DNA of 61,191 nt, counting the filler, from Sphacelaria rigidula (lineage: Eukaryota), in assembly GCA_964200075.2 (NCBI GenBank). It is 6 parts of 6 records of this genome, joined end to end, with 100 filler letters (N's around TTAATTAATTAA, not from the genome) between each part and the next. Parts side by side here need not be neighbours in the genome. Positions count along the whole stretch, not along the records: positions 30,650 to 40,764 come from CAXNAA020007106.1; positions 40,865 to 50,978 come from CAXNAA020007107.1; 4 more parts are not named here. One strand, 5' to 3'. The stretch's first letter is position 1; the number at the start of each line of letters is the position of its first letter. The notes beneath the pieces are model-generated. The model had not been told where the DNA came from and made no database searches. It was given only the letters and a program-made list of their open reading frames with translations. Below are positions 36,701 through 49,692 of this stretch, piece by piece. The position numbers and the translations under genes are program-made.

Positions 36701-39700
36701 AGCACGACCCGTTTTGATGAGGTAGAAGCTGAAATGATCAAAAACGCATCCTCTTACCCAAACGGAGAAGAAAACAAAAAACAGCAAATTAGTCAGTTGA
36801 AGATTCTGACAAAACTTTCAAGGGGAATTTACAGGAAGGACATAACCTGTGTTTTGTTTTGAACCAAACAGGGCCCCGCACTTTTCCGTTTGGGGCGCGG
36901 CGCTGCACGCGGGCTGGGCACCTCGAAAACACGATCAAGCGCCTCGGCCCCATGCTCGAGCAGCACGCCCGACCTTTTCCTGTTTTTTTACACACGGCGT
37001 TACGCTCAACTACTGTGCAGAAAAGTAGAGGCTGTTAGGCCAGATGTTATGGCAAACAGATTTTTGGCCCACGGATTGTTCACTGTTACGACGTTTTACC
37101 CGCCTTTTGACCCCCGAGCCGAGAAAACCGCCAACACACGTCTCGGACGCTTTGCATCACCCCACAGAGAGGAGCCTACGCTGCTTTTCAGATTCGCTTG
37201 GCTCCGAGGTTCGAAATTGGCCGCGGAACAAAAACAATTGCGCGTAACAATTTGTGCCTGCCGACCCCCGCCAGTTTGGCGTCTTGGCGCAGGGGTGTCC
37301 AGCCCAGATGTTCGCGGCCGTCAGGGTGTCGGACGTGTGCCCTACGAAGGCGTTGAGGATGTTATCTCACCCAACCTTTGCGGAGTCCAGCATGTGGGCG
37401 AACAGGTAAAAGTTCTCCTCACAACGGCGGGCCCCGGGCTTGACGAAGAGCAGCCCGACAGAGGGGCACGGGAGCGTGTGCCACAAAAAATAATAAAAAG
37501 AGAAGGAAAAACGTAGAATACTACATTATAGTGTAATAATTATAATGCGTATTTGTACCACGCCCTGGACAATAGCGTTCCATTGTGAACAAAAAATGTG
37601 CTGCGTACAATGTGGATAGAACCCATTGTCTACTGCACCGGGCGCAATATTCTATACTGCACGCAGTGCATTTTTTGATAGCACAATCTCTCGTTCAGCG
37701 TGTGATTTGTACTGCTATACCTGGGCAAGATGCCTGAGCCAGCCACTAGCCCCCACGGCGTGGAAATACTCCTGTCCCTGGCTCTGGCTCGCCGCGGAAA
37801 ATGCGGCTAGACTGTCCCGCACGGCATGGATGTTGTCGATTCCCATGAAACCTAGAGTCGCCACGTCCCGCCCGATGTCTGCCACGTCTTCGTACCCCTT
37901 TCCCGTGACCTGGTTGGCCTTCGCGTTGAGCAGAGACCGGGCGTCCACGATGCTGATCTTGGTGGCGTCCAGGGTGACGCGGATTTGCTTCAGCAGGTGG
38001 ATGTCATCGCTCAGAACCTGTTTATTGCAGTCAAAATAATACTTATAATTACAATTATAATTATCAGATGATATGATCATGATGATTATCACCACGTACC
38101 AGCACTATTTGTAAGTCTCTCGTTGTTTCTCACCACGTGTACGTCTCTTCTTGCCTTCCACCACAGCACAAAATCGAGGGAGTTAGACACGTAAGAGTTT
38201 CGGAAAGCGCTTTCTTGTCATTTCAGAGTGCAAGTATCTCAAGATCAGAGTGAAGAACAATTGAAAAAAGTAATAATAATAATCGAAAAAAAGGTGAGGT
38301 GATACCACATTTGACGGAGGGAGAACATGTTTTTTCGGAACCCTCTTATCCTAAAATATTTACACTCTGGAATAACAAAAAGGCGTTTTCCGAAAATCTC
38401 TCTTGTGCACGAGTAGGATTTAACCATATATGGTTGCGCTTGCAGGCGCAGGTAAGTACCGCAGGCACAAACAACGATTTGGCTTCACGCCCCTTCAACG
38501 CAGATCGGTCTCAGAGTGCTTGAGGAGTAGTCATGCATCAACCACGCCAAAGATCTCAAGCAAATGATGTTGGAAAAAAAAATGGAAAACGACCCAATAG
38601 GCACACAGAGAGAAGTACATGCCGACACAGCACACGAAGACAAATCATCATCGTGACGCATCGGCAAACATTGAGCGCCCGGCCGAACCATCGAAAATAA
38701 CTTCTGCAGGATTCATTTGAGGCTTGTGTAAATGCTTCCGTCTCATTGGACACGCTTCCAGCACTTCATCAAGCGGTGAACAGTGAAAAAAAAAGACGCG
38801 TGGTGGTATGGTAGAGGTGCATGAATACTTTCTGAGGTTCGAATTGTTAGAAGCCCTCTCTCTCATCCCAACGCTCAACTATGAAATATATGAAGGCACG
38901 CCACAGCTAATATTCCAACGGGCTAGGGACATCCCGAATAGTTTTGAATACGGGAATGTCCTGACCCCTACTCTTGGGTAGCTCCCAACTTTAGGAGCCC
39001 CTCAAGGATGAAGACCTAGGGCCGAAATTGCAATCCCCTACCACAGCATGATTGCGACGCGAACACACCACGAAGTTGACGTCGATTTGCCTTTGCAGAC
39101 AGACGCACCAAGACGCACGACGCAGCACACACGTCCATAACTCCAACGTTCAAGACACCGGCGAGAACAAAACACACACACACGAACGTACAAACACACG
39201 CACAAACACACGCACAAACACCTTCACCGGTTACCCCGCCACAACCCTCCCCCACAAAAAACACAAATAAATGAAAAAAAAGGTCTTGTTTTTCTTTTCT
39301 TTTTCTTCTTCTCTTCACACACCTTGGTGGTCATACCAGCCATCGGCTGACTGGAACGCACAAGCGGAGCCTTGGATGACGGATGTAGCCACACCAGTGC
39401 AGGAAGCCGGCAACGGCTTCTCTGTGGTGCGGCCGCCGCTAGCTGGGCGGGCGTAATTGACGACGGGAACGCCAGAGTCTACAAGCACGCACAAACGCAC
39501 AGGCACCGGAGGGAATGTAGGCGGGTTTTTCCCATGAGACTACCGACTCGTTGTGAGGAAACGGCTGAGGGGTGGATGCGGGGAGAAGGGGGGTGTACTC
39601 ATGATCATGCACGCCCTAGTAGGGGGGGCATTATTCAGTGGACAGCAAGCAAGGCGCATTCCGATTGTTAGAGAGGTTCGACAGCTTCCGGGTATCTACG

Positions 39701-40619
39701 AGGGCTCGCCACTCGACAGAGTGCACTAGCACGGACGAATTGCGGCTCAAACCAGTGCCGCGCAGGGGTCGACTTGAGGCTCTGCCAACACACAGTGTGT
39801 CGCACTCTCAGAAGCCTTCTCCTTCCTACTTTTTATCTGTCCGCGGAGCGTTAGGGTTAGGTTTTGTAGAGTTCTGGGGGTGAGGCTTCAGAGTTCGACA
39901 AAAATATGCATGTCAACCATGGATTTTTGGCCAGGAGCTGTATGTGTGTGTGTACTCATGATCATGCATGCAAGATTCATCAGACCATTGACCTCGCATC
40001 CCCACACAGCCGGGACGGAGCACGCCGGGTTTTCGCCGGACCAGGGGGGGGGGGTAGCGTACTCATTGCCGGAACAAGGGGGGGGGAGGCAGGGCAGGGC
40101 AGGGCAGGGCAGAGATTGTGAACTAAATTCGCCGTGAAACAATACGAAAGGCCAACCAAAATCGAATCACGCGCACAAACAACGGCTCTCAACATGGAGG
40201 CGATGGGGGGTGTTAGGTGTTGGGTGTTGGGCCAGGACTCCGACTCGCAATCCAGCTCATTTTCTGAATCAGGAAGGTATCCACGTCGCATGTTTCAGAG
40301 TGAAAAAATCGGCAAAATGCACACAAATACACGCACGAAACAACACGAACAACGCGCAGTATACCAACACACACCTGAGGGTAAGTCGGGATCATCGCGT
40401 AGGCATGGTTGACCTTTTTGAACTCCCACATCTGCCGCCCAAACGCGGAGTGCATCGCGACAGGGCCGGCAGGGGGCACCCCGACCCTCTCAAGATCTCG
40501 TTCGAGAGCGGCCCAGCCGTCAGCCTCGTCGCCCCTCTTCGCCTTCCCGGTCTTCGCGGCGGGAAGGCTGCTGGCTTGGTTGTTGTACGATCCACCGACC
40601 GCAGAAAGGGTGCCGGAAC
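30737..40619 (-). CDS. Myotubularin-family phosphoinositide 3-phosphatase (catalytically intact), partial. Exons 40619-40375, 39478-39323, 38017-37721, 35605-35495, 35195-35037, 32992-32896, 32261-32200, (unresolved small exon near 31690-31730), 31413-31222, 30776-30737
   Basis: [18 protein letters not shown]...[14 protein letters not shown]...[26 protein letters not shown]...NIHAVRDS...[44 protein letters not shown]...[32 protein letters not shown]...EIW. Canonical GT-AG sites with consistent phases except one junction. Confidence 0.93.
34592..34691. mobile_element. piggyBac-like hairpin MITE (~100 bp) in a myotubularin intron
   Basis: CCCTTTGACCGCGAGGGTAGGTC ... GACTACCCTCATCGCGGTCTAAAGG|TTAA; related to 44241-44338. 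Confidence 0.65.
38188..38408. mobile_element. Degenerate foldback/MITE (~220 bp)
   Basis: Arms 38188-38250 (GAGTTTCGGAAAGCGCTTTCTTGTCATTTCAGAGTGCAAGTAT) and 38342-38408 are imperfect reverse complements. Confidence 0.55.
39949..40045 (+). repeat. Copy of the GGGGTGTACTCATGATC repeat family (5' part)
   Basis: Aligns with 10052-10117 and overlaps the start of the 51079 copy (GGGACGGAGCACGCCGGGTTTTCGCCGGACCAGG). Confidence 0.75.
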
Positions 40620-41109
40620 CTGTTTGACGCGAGCAAGAGAACACAGGCGGCAGGCATGGACAATTGATCGCGCCGTGTTTCTTCTTCTTCTTTTCTGGTC
40701 GGGGGCGAACTCATTTGTTGCTTGCCTTAGTCGTTTAACCATTGACCACGCATCCCTTTCGAGANNNNNNNNNNNNNNNNNNNNNNNNNNNNNNNNNNNN
40801 NNNNNNNNTTAATTAATTAANNNNNNNNNNNNNNNNNNNNNNNNNNNNNNNNNNNNNNNNNNNNCGAAAACAAAAAACCACCACCCCCCCCCCCCCCCCC
40901 CCCCGACTTGAAGGTTGGCATCGGTTGGCAAACACGCTGTGAAACACACCGCCCAGTGCGTAAGCTAGGAAAACAGGCTACCTTTTTTTTTTCGCTAGCG
41001 TCTTTGCGGCGACAATGATGGTGGTCTAGCTTCATCATTTTGTGCGGGGGGTGGAGAACCTCAACTTCGCGCAATGGGGATGATCATACTACGCAGTGTG
41101 TAACTAGTG

Positions 41110-41407
41110 AGACAGCCATGAGGCAGTGTGTAACCTCCAATTGTTGATACCTGAAAATGAAACTAAGTGTGGGCTATCATTCACATGCAAGATAATCAAT
41201 GGGCTTTGGGCCAAGCAATAGCAGGATGCAGCTCACCACTCATGCGACTCGCCGAAACACACCACGGTGCTTCGCGCTCGGTAATTATTATCGAGCCTGG
41301 TCCGGCGAAAACCTGGCGTGCTCCGTCCCGATTCTGTAGGGATGCGAGGTTAATGGCCATGTTAATGGCCATATGACTATGGCATGCAAGATGATTAGTA
41401 TAACCCA
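41110..41407 (-). repeat. Near full-length reverse copy of the same repeat family
   Basis: Reverse complement aligns to 10052/39949 at one end and to 51079-51310 (GGCGAGTCGC, GAGCTGCATCC, TTACACACTGCCTCATGG) at the other. Confidence 0.75.
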
Positions 41408-41444
41408 CCCCGCCGCCGCGTTCTCACTCTACTCAAAACAAAAG

Positions 41445-41649
41445 GGACGACGCGATCGAGGGAGACGCGTGGAGGGGGACAGAGGAAATGGGACACTGGA
41501 AAGACATCTACCTGTACGGTGGCAAAGGGCAGACCAAGTCTAAGGGAGGGCTGCGCCAGCGCAAAAACACCGCTCGCGGCAGCCCAATCATGGCGAACGG
41601 GGATGTCATGAAGACCGTGCTAGGAGACGGGTCTCCCGCGCAGTACTGA
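41445..41649 (+). CDS. Possible terminal exon of an unidentified gene (DDAIEGDAWRGTEEMGHWKDIYLYGGKGQTKSKGGLRQRK...SPAQY*)
   Basis: AG acceptor after a pyrimidine-rich stretch, GC-rich open frame to TGA; no family recognised. Confidence 0.35.
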
Positions 41650-42194
41650 TTCGAATCGCTAGCTTTTTGAGCCGCTCGTCTCGTCGAATGGTTAGCTTTC
41701 AAAGTGTGTTTGAATGCGCTGTGATTCTGGGGGGGGCGTGCTCTCGTGGGGTGGGTCACAGGGATCGGGTACGTGGACGCGTGGCGTGGAGGTGTTTTGT
41801 AGGGCTTCGCTGGTGGGTTGCTATTGCAACGGGTACCAGGGTACCTGAGGGTGAGCGTAAGGTCTCACGTCAAAGTACGTGACACGTCGCTCGCGTGTGG
41901 TCACGTCCTGTGCGGCCAGGGTTGTTTGGTTGTGACTGCAGTGTTCTGTGGATAATAGGGCACGGCGATTAGTGCACGTGATACTGTTGCTGTTGTAAGG
42001 AACTTCTCATTCAGGTGGGTCATCACCCCAACTCGATACTTACTTGAGCTGCCCATGGTTCGTACGTCCGGTGAACTGTGGCACGGCGTTGGTGTTGAGG
42101 TTTGGAAGGTTGCTGTTCCCCCCTGCTACCGTGCGAAGTGCTGATTTAATAATATATCGTGGAAGATAATGGAGAGGATTTGGCGTTGTCTACC

Positions 42195-42240
42195 GTGTGT
42201 CCCTGATGAGCCTTCATGCATGGCGAAGCAGCCTGTGTCG
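42195..42240 (+). ncRNA. Degenerate hammerhead-ribozyme-like motif
   Basis: CTGATGA-GCC-TTCATGCAT-GGC-GAAG-CAGCCTGT: core box, closed stem II, GAAA reads GAAG; stem I not convincingly paired. Confidence 0.45.
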
Positions 42241-44240
42241 TCGAACGATTGGGGAGCTCGGTTGTAGGGAGAGTCGTCATGCTTTCGACGATTTGGGCAT
42301 CATAGTTGAACGATAAGCGCGTGCAGTACTTTTTGCAAGAAGTCGCTGGGAGCCATAGTGGCGGCTCTTTGTGTTGAGACGGCCGACCGATAGCGATCGA
42401 CATTGATCTGCCAACTACTTCGAGTGACTGTTGCGCACACGGTCGTCTATTTCTATCGATTGAAACTAGCTAGCTGTAGTGCCACATCGCATGTCAACTC
42501 TCCGTAGACGCCATCGTCAACTATACCACACCCTCCTCTAAGAGAAACTTTCGCGATTGAGTACCAGCTCGGCGATCCCCCCTCTCGCACTTTCGCCGCA
42601 TCGCCCCACTATCTGAAGGAAACTACGTTCATCGCCTCGAGAAACTGCCACCTGTACCTGCCGCAGTGATGGAAACAAAATAACGCGATCACACGGCGTG
42701 GAGAAGACAGTGTGTATAGAGGCTGCTTGAGGGTGAACGACCGGAATTTACTCCCCAGCGATGACTCACGCCGTTTTTTCGAGTCGAACCCTGAAATTTT
42801 GCACACTGGCGCTCTGAGGCATGTAGACTGTATGATTGAGGTCACTCCTGTTTAGCTTGTATCGCGTTTTGTGAGTTTGACTCTGGGTCTATTTTGTTTT
42901 TGTTTTTTATTTTTTTGCTAACCTGTGACCACGGAAGGCGTCCGCATCAGATGCCCAGTACGAATGTACCGCGCAGATATCGGAACGGTTTTTAATGTGC
43001 AGACAACAAGATATCCGGGATCCAAGATACCGCCTCCTGGGACCGCGGATATCCGGCGAAAAAAGAAATCAAGATACTCCAGTCATATAGCCCTTCTAAG
43101 TATCTCGGCACCCGTGTGCAATATTTCAGCGTCTATATCGACAAAACAGCGGAAGCTTTCGCCCGTATGTGCGTTGAAGCAAGCAAATGCACGCGGAATC
43201 CCCTCACTGTATTGCAGTATGCTACGGACATTCTCCTTGTGCGCTTGAGTTTGAAACGACCGTCTGGGATGAGCTTTTTGAGTTACGCAGCAAAACTTCG
43301 TACACACGTTCCGTACAATATCTCGGGACAAGTCAAACTTTCATTTTAAATTTTGAAGTTATGTACCAGCTTCTGGGAGAATTTACGCCGGGACCCTCGG
43401 AAGCCGGTAGAGAGCCGATAAGCTTTGAAATGTTACCTAACGACGGTTTTTCTTCCCATGCGTAGCACTCATATCTAAAAAACTGCCAAGTTCGAGGATG
43501 ACCGGAGATTTGCTACCAAAGTTACAATGGGGGTCTGACTTTGACTAATTAAAGCCAAGAGCATTGGTCTAATTCTTGCTGAGGCCAACGGGGGTTGCAT
43601 CTGCAGCACTGCGCAGGCTGAGGACAGTTTGAGGAATATCACATCATTCCGGTACGAAACGTAGTTGGAGGCGTTGGGTGCAGCGCGAGTGCTTTGGTTC
43701 CGAGACTCCTATGAGGAAAAAGCATACCGGATATACGAAAGCAGGCAACTTTTGCCGACATGCCAGCAAATAGGGGCCAAAACTGCCCCAAATCGTCCAA
43801 GCCAATGAAGCCGAATTTTTCGGTCGGGATTCGATAGTCAAGACCTGAAATTTTAGGCGAGGTGCAAGTCGCCAATTCAAATGCCATAACATTTTTGTTC
43901 TTTCCGATGATAAGGGCGATTTTTTGTTCAGGAACTTCAGTCAAATGGACCCAACCCAGAGGGGAAAAAAGAGGGAAAACTCACCTTAGTGATAACCTTG
44001 AATCTTTTGACCGCCAGGGTGGGTCATGTGTTGAGTGGGCATCATTTTTACTTGAAAAATGAATGTAAGATCCAGATGACCTACGCTGGCAGTCAGAGGG
44101 TGGAATGGTCGACTCGCACTCCGCACGAAATGGTCCTAACCCTCGAACCTCGTGTCAGAGAACACAGGAGGAGACGTTTTTTTTGGTTCCAGACAGTGGA
44201 ACCCAAGTGGTGAGACCAGCCTATTAAATAGATGCGTCAA

Positions 44241-44338
44241 CCCTTAGACCGCGAGGTTAGTCTTCTGTTGAATCGGCATCAATTTCAAGTGAAAAAAAGT
44301 ATGCATGATCCAGAAAGACTAATCTCGCGGTCTAAGGG
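44241..44338. mobile_element. piggyBac-like hairpin MITE (98 bp)
   Basis: TCAA|CCCTTAGACCGCGAGGTTAGTCTT ... AAGACTAATCTCGCGGTCTAAGGG|TTAA. Confidence 0.8.
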
Positions 44339-44492
44339 TTAACATGCACCCACTATGTGCCACCTTATCCAGCCAAATGGCACGTGTCTCTCGATCAGCC
44401 ACCTGACTTCTTAAAGTCCGCGAATGCCGCGATCATGCTCAATGACAGCAACATGAAAAAAAAAACTAGAGAATCGCGGGGCGACAATATCG

Positions 44493-47400
44493 TTAATCGG
44501 CGTTGCATTGCAGTATAATTGACTCCGCGGCCGTACTGCCGTAACGCAACGCGTTTGCCAGCCGCACCTGTTCCGCAAGTGCTGCACTCACGCCGGGCGG
44601 CAAAAGCTTGGGATGCCCCTCATTAGCCTCACACTCCTCCGATGTCTCCAATTCCGATTTCTGATCGCTGCACACCCCAACGCGAGCGAATTCAATACCG
44701 TCGTGTCCCCCAGCGCCGTCCACAGCATCGACGTCGTGCTTGACTCCCATCCTATCCGACTGCGCTGTTTTCCTGTGCCCCAATATTCTACGGATTCTAT
44801 CCTCGGCTCCACTCCCGCCCCCACGAGCACTTCTCCCGCACAGTCGAAGAAGAACGTCAATGGGGACGGATTGTACCGCCGGTTCTGCGGGAATTGCAGC
44901 ATCAACAGCCGGCAGGTCGCCACCACCGCCGTCCATGCCCCGCCAAGGACCTTCCCTGACAGCGCGCAATGCATCTTCCCTCATCTGTCGTGACTCGAAC
45001 AAAAGGCGCTCGAACGAATACCTCGATGAGGAGGCTTTAGGCGTATTATCGCCTGCTGCTGGCGTGGTAGATTGCGTGAACTCACGCGATGTTACCGGAA
45101 TGGTTGGAGAGATACTAAAATCGCCGGTGGAACTATTGCGGAGACGGAGGTTGAGAAGTCGGCGACATGGCGAGTTATTCCCGCCCACGGCGGTGTCAAA
45201 ACTACAGGATCGCGTCGCTGCGTCTCGTATAGAGGACCTGTTTGCCTCAATAACTGGTCGGGAAGGTTTTGTCGATTGAGCTTGTTGCGGCTCATTTCGC
45301 AATGAAACAGCAGCAGGTGGAGGAGGAGAAGTGGGAGGAGCAGCAGCAGTAGCGACCGTGTCTGCACCGCGTGGGAACTGCTCGCAATTACGCTGTTCTT
45401 GCGTACATCGTCCTGAGTCGGTTGTGCTATTCATTGCAGTGGAATTGGTGGTTCGAGCCTCCGGTTTCGCTGCCAAACAAACGGGAACGTTGTGCGCTAT
45501 CACCACTTTCACCCCGCCATCTGCATCGTTCATTGAAATCACGGGATTGCCCTGTTTGACATTGTCGTTCCTCTTGGCATCATCCAGGGGTACTTCGCCG
45601 CCAAGTTCTGCCAGTTGCTTTCCCAAAAGCCTGTTAACCTCCTGTATTTCCGCGTTGTCCCTCACGAGCCCCTGCATCTCTGTCTCCGCAGCCTGCGCGG
45701 CCGATCTATACATATCTCCCTTCGCCTCGGCCTCCCTCAATTTCTCCTTCCATTTATGTTGCTTGTTCGAGGCCTCCACGGCTCTTTCCACCGCCGCCCT
45801 TTCCCCTCTATCTCTGTCAGTACCACGGCCGTTTCCTGCTTCACTGGAAAACGTTCCCGCGGACAGGGTGCGAAGGCGCGCCCTCGCCGCAGCTAGCTTA
45901 TCTCCAACATCAGTCATGGCACTAGTTCCCCCTGCTGTCGCATCACCCGCAGTGCTAACCACCACGAGCCGTTTCTCCAAGCGTTGGTTTGCCATGCGCA
46001 GCACATCTAGCCTTTGCGAAAGTGACTCCAGTTGAGCCTCTGACTTGGCGAGTGCCTTCGCCGAGGCCGACGCACCCTCTTCCGCCTTAACGCTGCGTCG
46101 AAGACACAGCCGCAGGTCCCGGGCAGTCGCTTTCCTGGAATTTTCCGCTGCGATCCTGGCAGCCTTTTCTTTTTCGAGAGCCTCTGCATGATCTCCTGCG
46201 CGCTCAAAAGCGGCGAGGGCTTCGTTTGTCTTGACGTCGGCGATCCGCTGAGCTTCTTTCAGCGACCGCTCAGCCTCCGATGCGCGTTTGGTGAGGGCTA
46301 TTGACTGTGCCGTTATCTCTTGCAAGGAGCGGCCACCGAAGGAGTTCACGACCCTGCTTAGTTTTTCGCATTCGAGCTTAGAATCGGCCGCTCGCCGCTG
46401 AGTATCTCGAAGTGCGCTGCTCAGAGCAGGAGATACACGGGAGAAAGAAGCATGAGTCAAACGACGAGGAATGCCACACTTCTTTACACTTGGTTCAAAG
46501 ACGAGAGGAAAAGAAATAACAGTAAGCCATTACGCGGATGTAGCATTTGGCGAGAAATACCTTACAGCGACCCCCACGCAGATCGCCCAAAATCGTTCAC
46601 GGCAAATTTGGGTTCGGCGTTGTTGTTTTTCAAGAGACAGACCACACCTATTGATGTTAAGCATTTGTATGGAAACTAGTGCAGGAGAACTCCTGGCTAC
46701 TTTTGAGCAAAGTCAAGCGCATGTACGTCCTCGTTGAGTCATTTTCGTCGGGTGCGTGCTGCCATGCTTGCAAGCGATACGCGCTGGCAGTCCCGTCTGC
46801 TGCGATGTGCCGAGTACGCTAACAACATAATGTCTGTTCATGTTGTCGCATTCTTGGAACTGTCGGGGCAGTGATGGCACACCTCGAGCATGTTTTGTTG
46901 CTGCATGCATGTCACATTGTCTCGGCTGCAGTCTACCGCCCATACTGCTGCTCTACCGTACAGTCATATTTTTGTCATCTGCCGCCAACCCTTAGACAGC
47001 GAGCGTCCGCTCGGAGCAGTTTCACAGGCTGACAGACCAGGGACATCCGGGAGTTTCCAGGGGGCCGGGGGGTGGTCTTTGACGCGGGGTGGGGAACACG
47101 TTTGCAGAACAGCCGAAAAGCCCACCAGGTCAACCATGTGTGTTGGGATGTTTCCCACGGAAAATTACACGTCAGGAACGAGGCATGGAAGGCGTGGAAT
47201 GACCATTCTGGCCAATCACGGCTATCAAAATGGTCACTTTGTTCCCTTACAGGTGGGACTACAGGTGGGCTACTTCGCTGTCTAGCCATAGTTCTAATTT
47301 TGGTCACGGCAATTCAAAATTACATGGGCACAAGCAACGTGTTTTTACTCTGCTCGTGGTCTGTGCCGCCTGCCTGACCCTTCGTGTGTTGCCAGCATTG

Positions 47401-49304
47401 CTTCACACTGTCTGCAGTGTTGTGGTGGAGCGTTGAGCAGAGACATCAGCAGCATGCAGTGGATTGTGTTCAGTGGAGAACGATGGTGCGCTGTCTGCTT
47501 CTTGCAGTTGTATCGAGCGAAGACATACAGCGCACATACCGACTCTGACACAAAAGACTGCACGGTAAAAACCGGTCGGGGGTTCTCCGGGACTATTTTC
47601 TATGTAGATGCCCGACATCCACGTGAGTCATGAGAAAAGAGGTTTTGTGAACTTAGAAAAAAGCTGTTCTGAAGACTCATTGTGGCATAGTGTCATTGTG
47701 GCATAGATCATCTCGGTCCACCGGCGGGGGAGTCGCGGCCAGAGGGTTAAACACGACGGTATAAAAACAATCCGTGTGTCATCACTCTCCTCTGTACACA
47801 TTTCTATTAACTGTTGATAAATCTGCGTCACATTCTACAACAACAGTGCAGTTTGCCGCTACCTTGACAGCAAAAGAGGGGGCAGGCATGTCGCAAGGAC
47901 TGTGCAAAGAGCGAAGCACATATCCTTTTTCGCGTACTTCGATGGTAGAGCGGTCGTTGCAGAAATGGTCAAACGCAACCTGAGCGCCAACTGGGCGATA
48001 TTAGGGACCGTGTAGGGGAAGATATTGAAAAATTCGAAGGATCGAAACCATCAAAAAATATTTTAGTGACTCAACTTCCGTTAGGACTGTTACATAAAAT
48101 TTGCTCTGTCTTGGAAGGGATGCATGGTCAGCGGTCAAACCACGATAATAGGGCAGGCAACAAGTGAGTACGCCCCCTACACCCTAAAAACAATTCGCAC
48201 GAAAACTCCTGTACCATCAGCCGGTGATTTTGTGAGGGTCACAGGGTTCACGGGAGGGATTTTTTCAGGGAATTTCACGATTGGCTTTCCATTTTCCACC
48301 TGAAGAAATGCAAAAACGATATAATAGTCTTAATGATAAACGGCTTGAGCCACGTCCTACATTCCACACTTCATCACACCCTGTTTTTCGCGTGCACGCT
48401 TCGAGACAGTGTACCCGTTGCGCTTGATACAGCGACGAACCGAAGAGGTGCCATCGACCCCCGCCGCTGAAGCTAGACTACTCACTCTGTTGTTGGCGAT
48501 CTTACTAATCTCTAACTGGATGCTCTTTGTGCATCTTCATCGATTTGCGTAGGTCGACCGTACCCGCTTTGTTTGCCCCGCGGCCTACCTCTCGGCCGCC
48601 ACCCTACGCCTCCTTTCGTCTTCCAGGTCCGCACTTAAACTTTTCACAGCCTGCTTGGCGAACCTTGCTGCCGCCTCTGCCGCATGCCGGCCCTCTTCGT
48701 ATGCAGCAGCCCGAATCCGCTTTAGATTATGTGCATCGAGGTCATCATCGCCATCATGATGTAAAGCAGGCGCTTCCGCGCCCTTATTCGTGCCACGCCG
48801 TACCGACAGTGATGCCCTGGCGTCATTGACAGATACCGCTGAACATTTTTGAGTCTGTCTAATTCTCTCTAGCGATTCTTCGGCGGGATAGTAAGATCCA
48901 GATAATGCCTGCCCAATGCCGTGGCTTTTGCATTTAGATGTTCGGGGATTTCTGTCAAAACTGTCGTCATTGACACGACTGTTGACATCCCTGTTGCGGC
49001 TGTTGCTATCTTGATGTACCGTCGGCGGCGGCGACGGTGTATCGCACATGTTTGAGGTTAGTGAGGTGGGGACTGGAAGCCGAGGACTCGAACTGCCCTC
49101 TGGTTTGCTGCTACTCTGTGAAGATCCTTGAAGCTTCTCGGCTAGGAGGCAAAAGTCACGCTTCAATTCTTCGAGCTTGGAATTGTCGGCAGTCCTGGGT
49201 CGTGGCTGGTAGCGAGAAAATTCGGTCTCATGTCGGGCATCATAGGGGCTGCTGCTGGTATATGGTTCTCCGGTCGCCGCGGCTGCCTCTGCTGGTGCTG
49301 TCAT
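44493..49304 (-). CDS. Two-exon gene (49304-48589, 46416-44493) for an ~880-aa coiled-coil/low-complexity protein of unknown function
   Basis: ORFs of 239 and 655 aa join in frame via GAG AG|gtagg ... gagcag|C GCA. Long A/E/K/R/L-rich heptad segments; in-frame stop upstream of ATG 49304. Confidence 0.8.
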
Positions 49305-49692
49305 ATCGACGGTTGGGATTTTGAAATTTCGGGTGTTTTGTCCACCGATACAGTGAAGGACAGCTCAATCTACTACATCTTGCGCCATAGCTTTTTACCA
49401 TTGAATGGCGGAGATGACAAACTCTCGCCGAGAGAACCTCCTGCTAAGTCACCGGTATCCTTACCCCTCTGACCTGTCAAGGCAGTCCGATACATCTGGC
49501 GAGAGTACATTCAAAAATGAAGGTCATCTTCCAGCAGCGGATCTTTGACTATTCGTCGTAGCGCAGCGACGGTCGTAGAAATAGAATTACTCCGCAGTAC
49601 AAGTATGCTGTTTACATTCATTTTGTGTGCCGTGCGCGAGTCGGGTAGTGGGGGAAAACGAGCAAACGGCTTCGGCTGGGCCCTTCAGGGGT
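49305..49692. promoter_or_regulatory. Short divergent intergenic region (candidate bidirectional promoter)
   Basis: 388 bp between the ATGs of two head-to-head genes. Confidence 0.45.

Noticed and set aside
37270..37450. GC-rich coding-like patch in a myotubularin intron
   Set aside because: Not needed for the myotubularin frame, contains a stop, and no family recognised.
44740..46035. Long + strand ORFs (179 and 234 aa)
   Set aside because: Antisense shadows of the coiled-coil exon.
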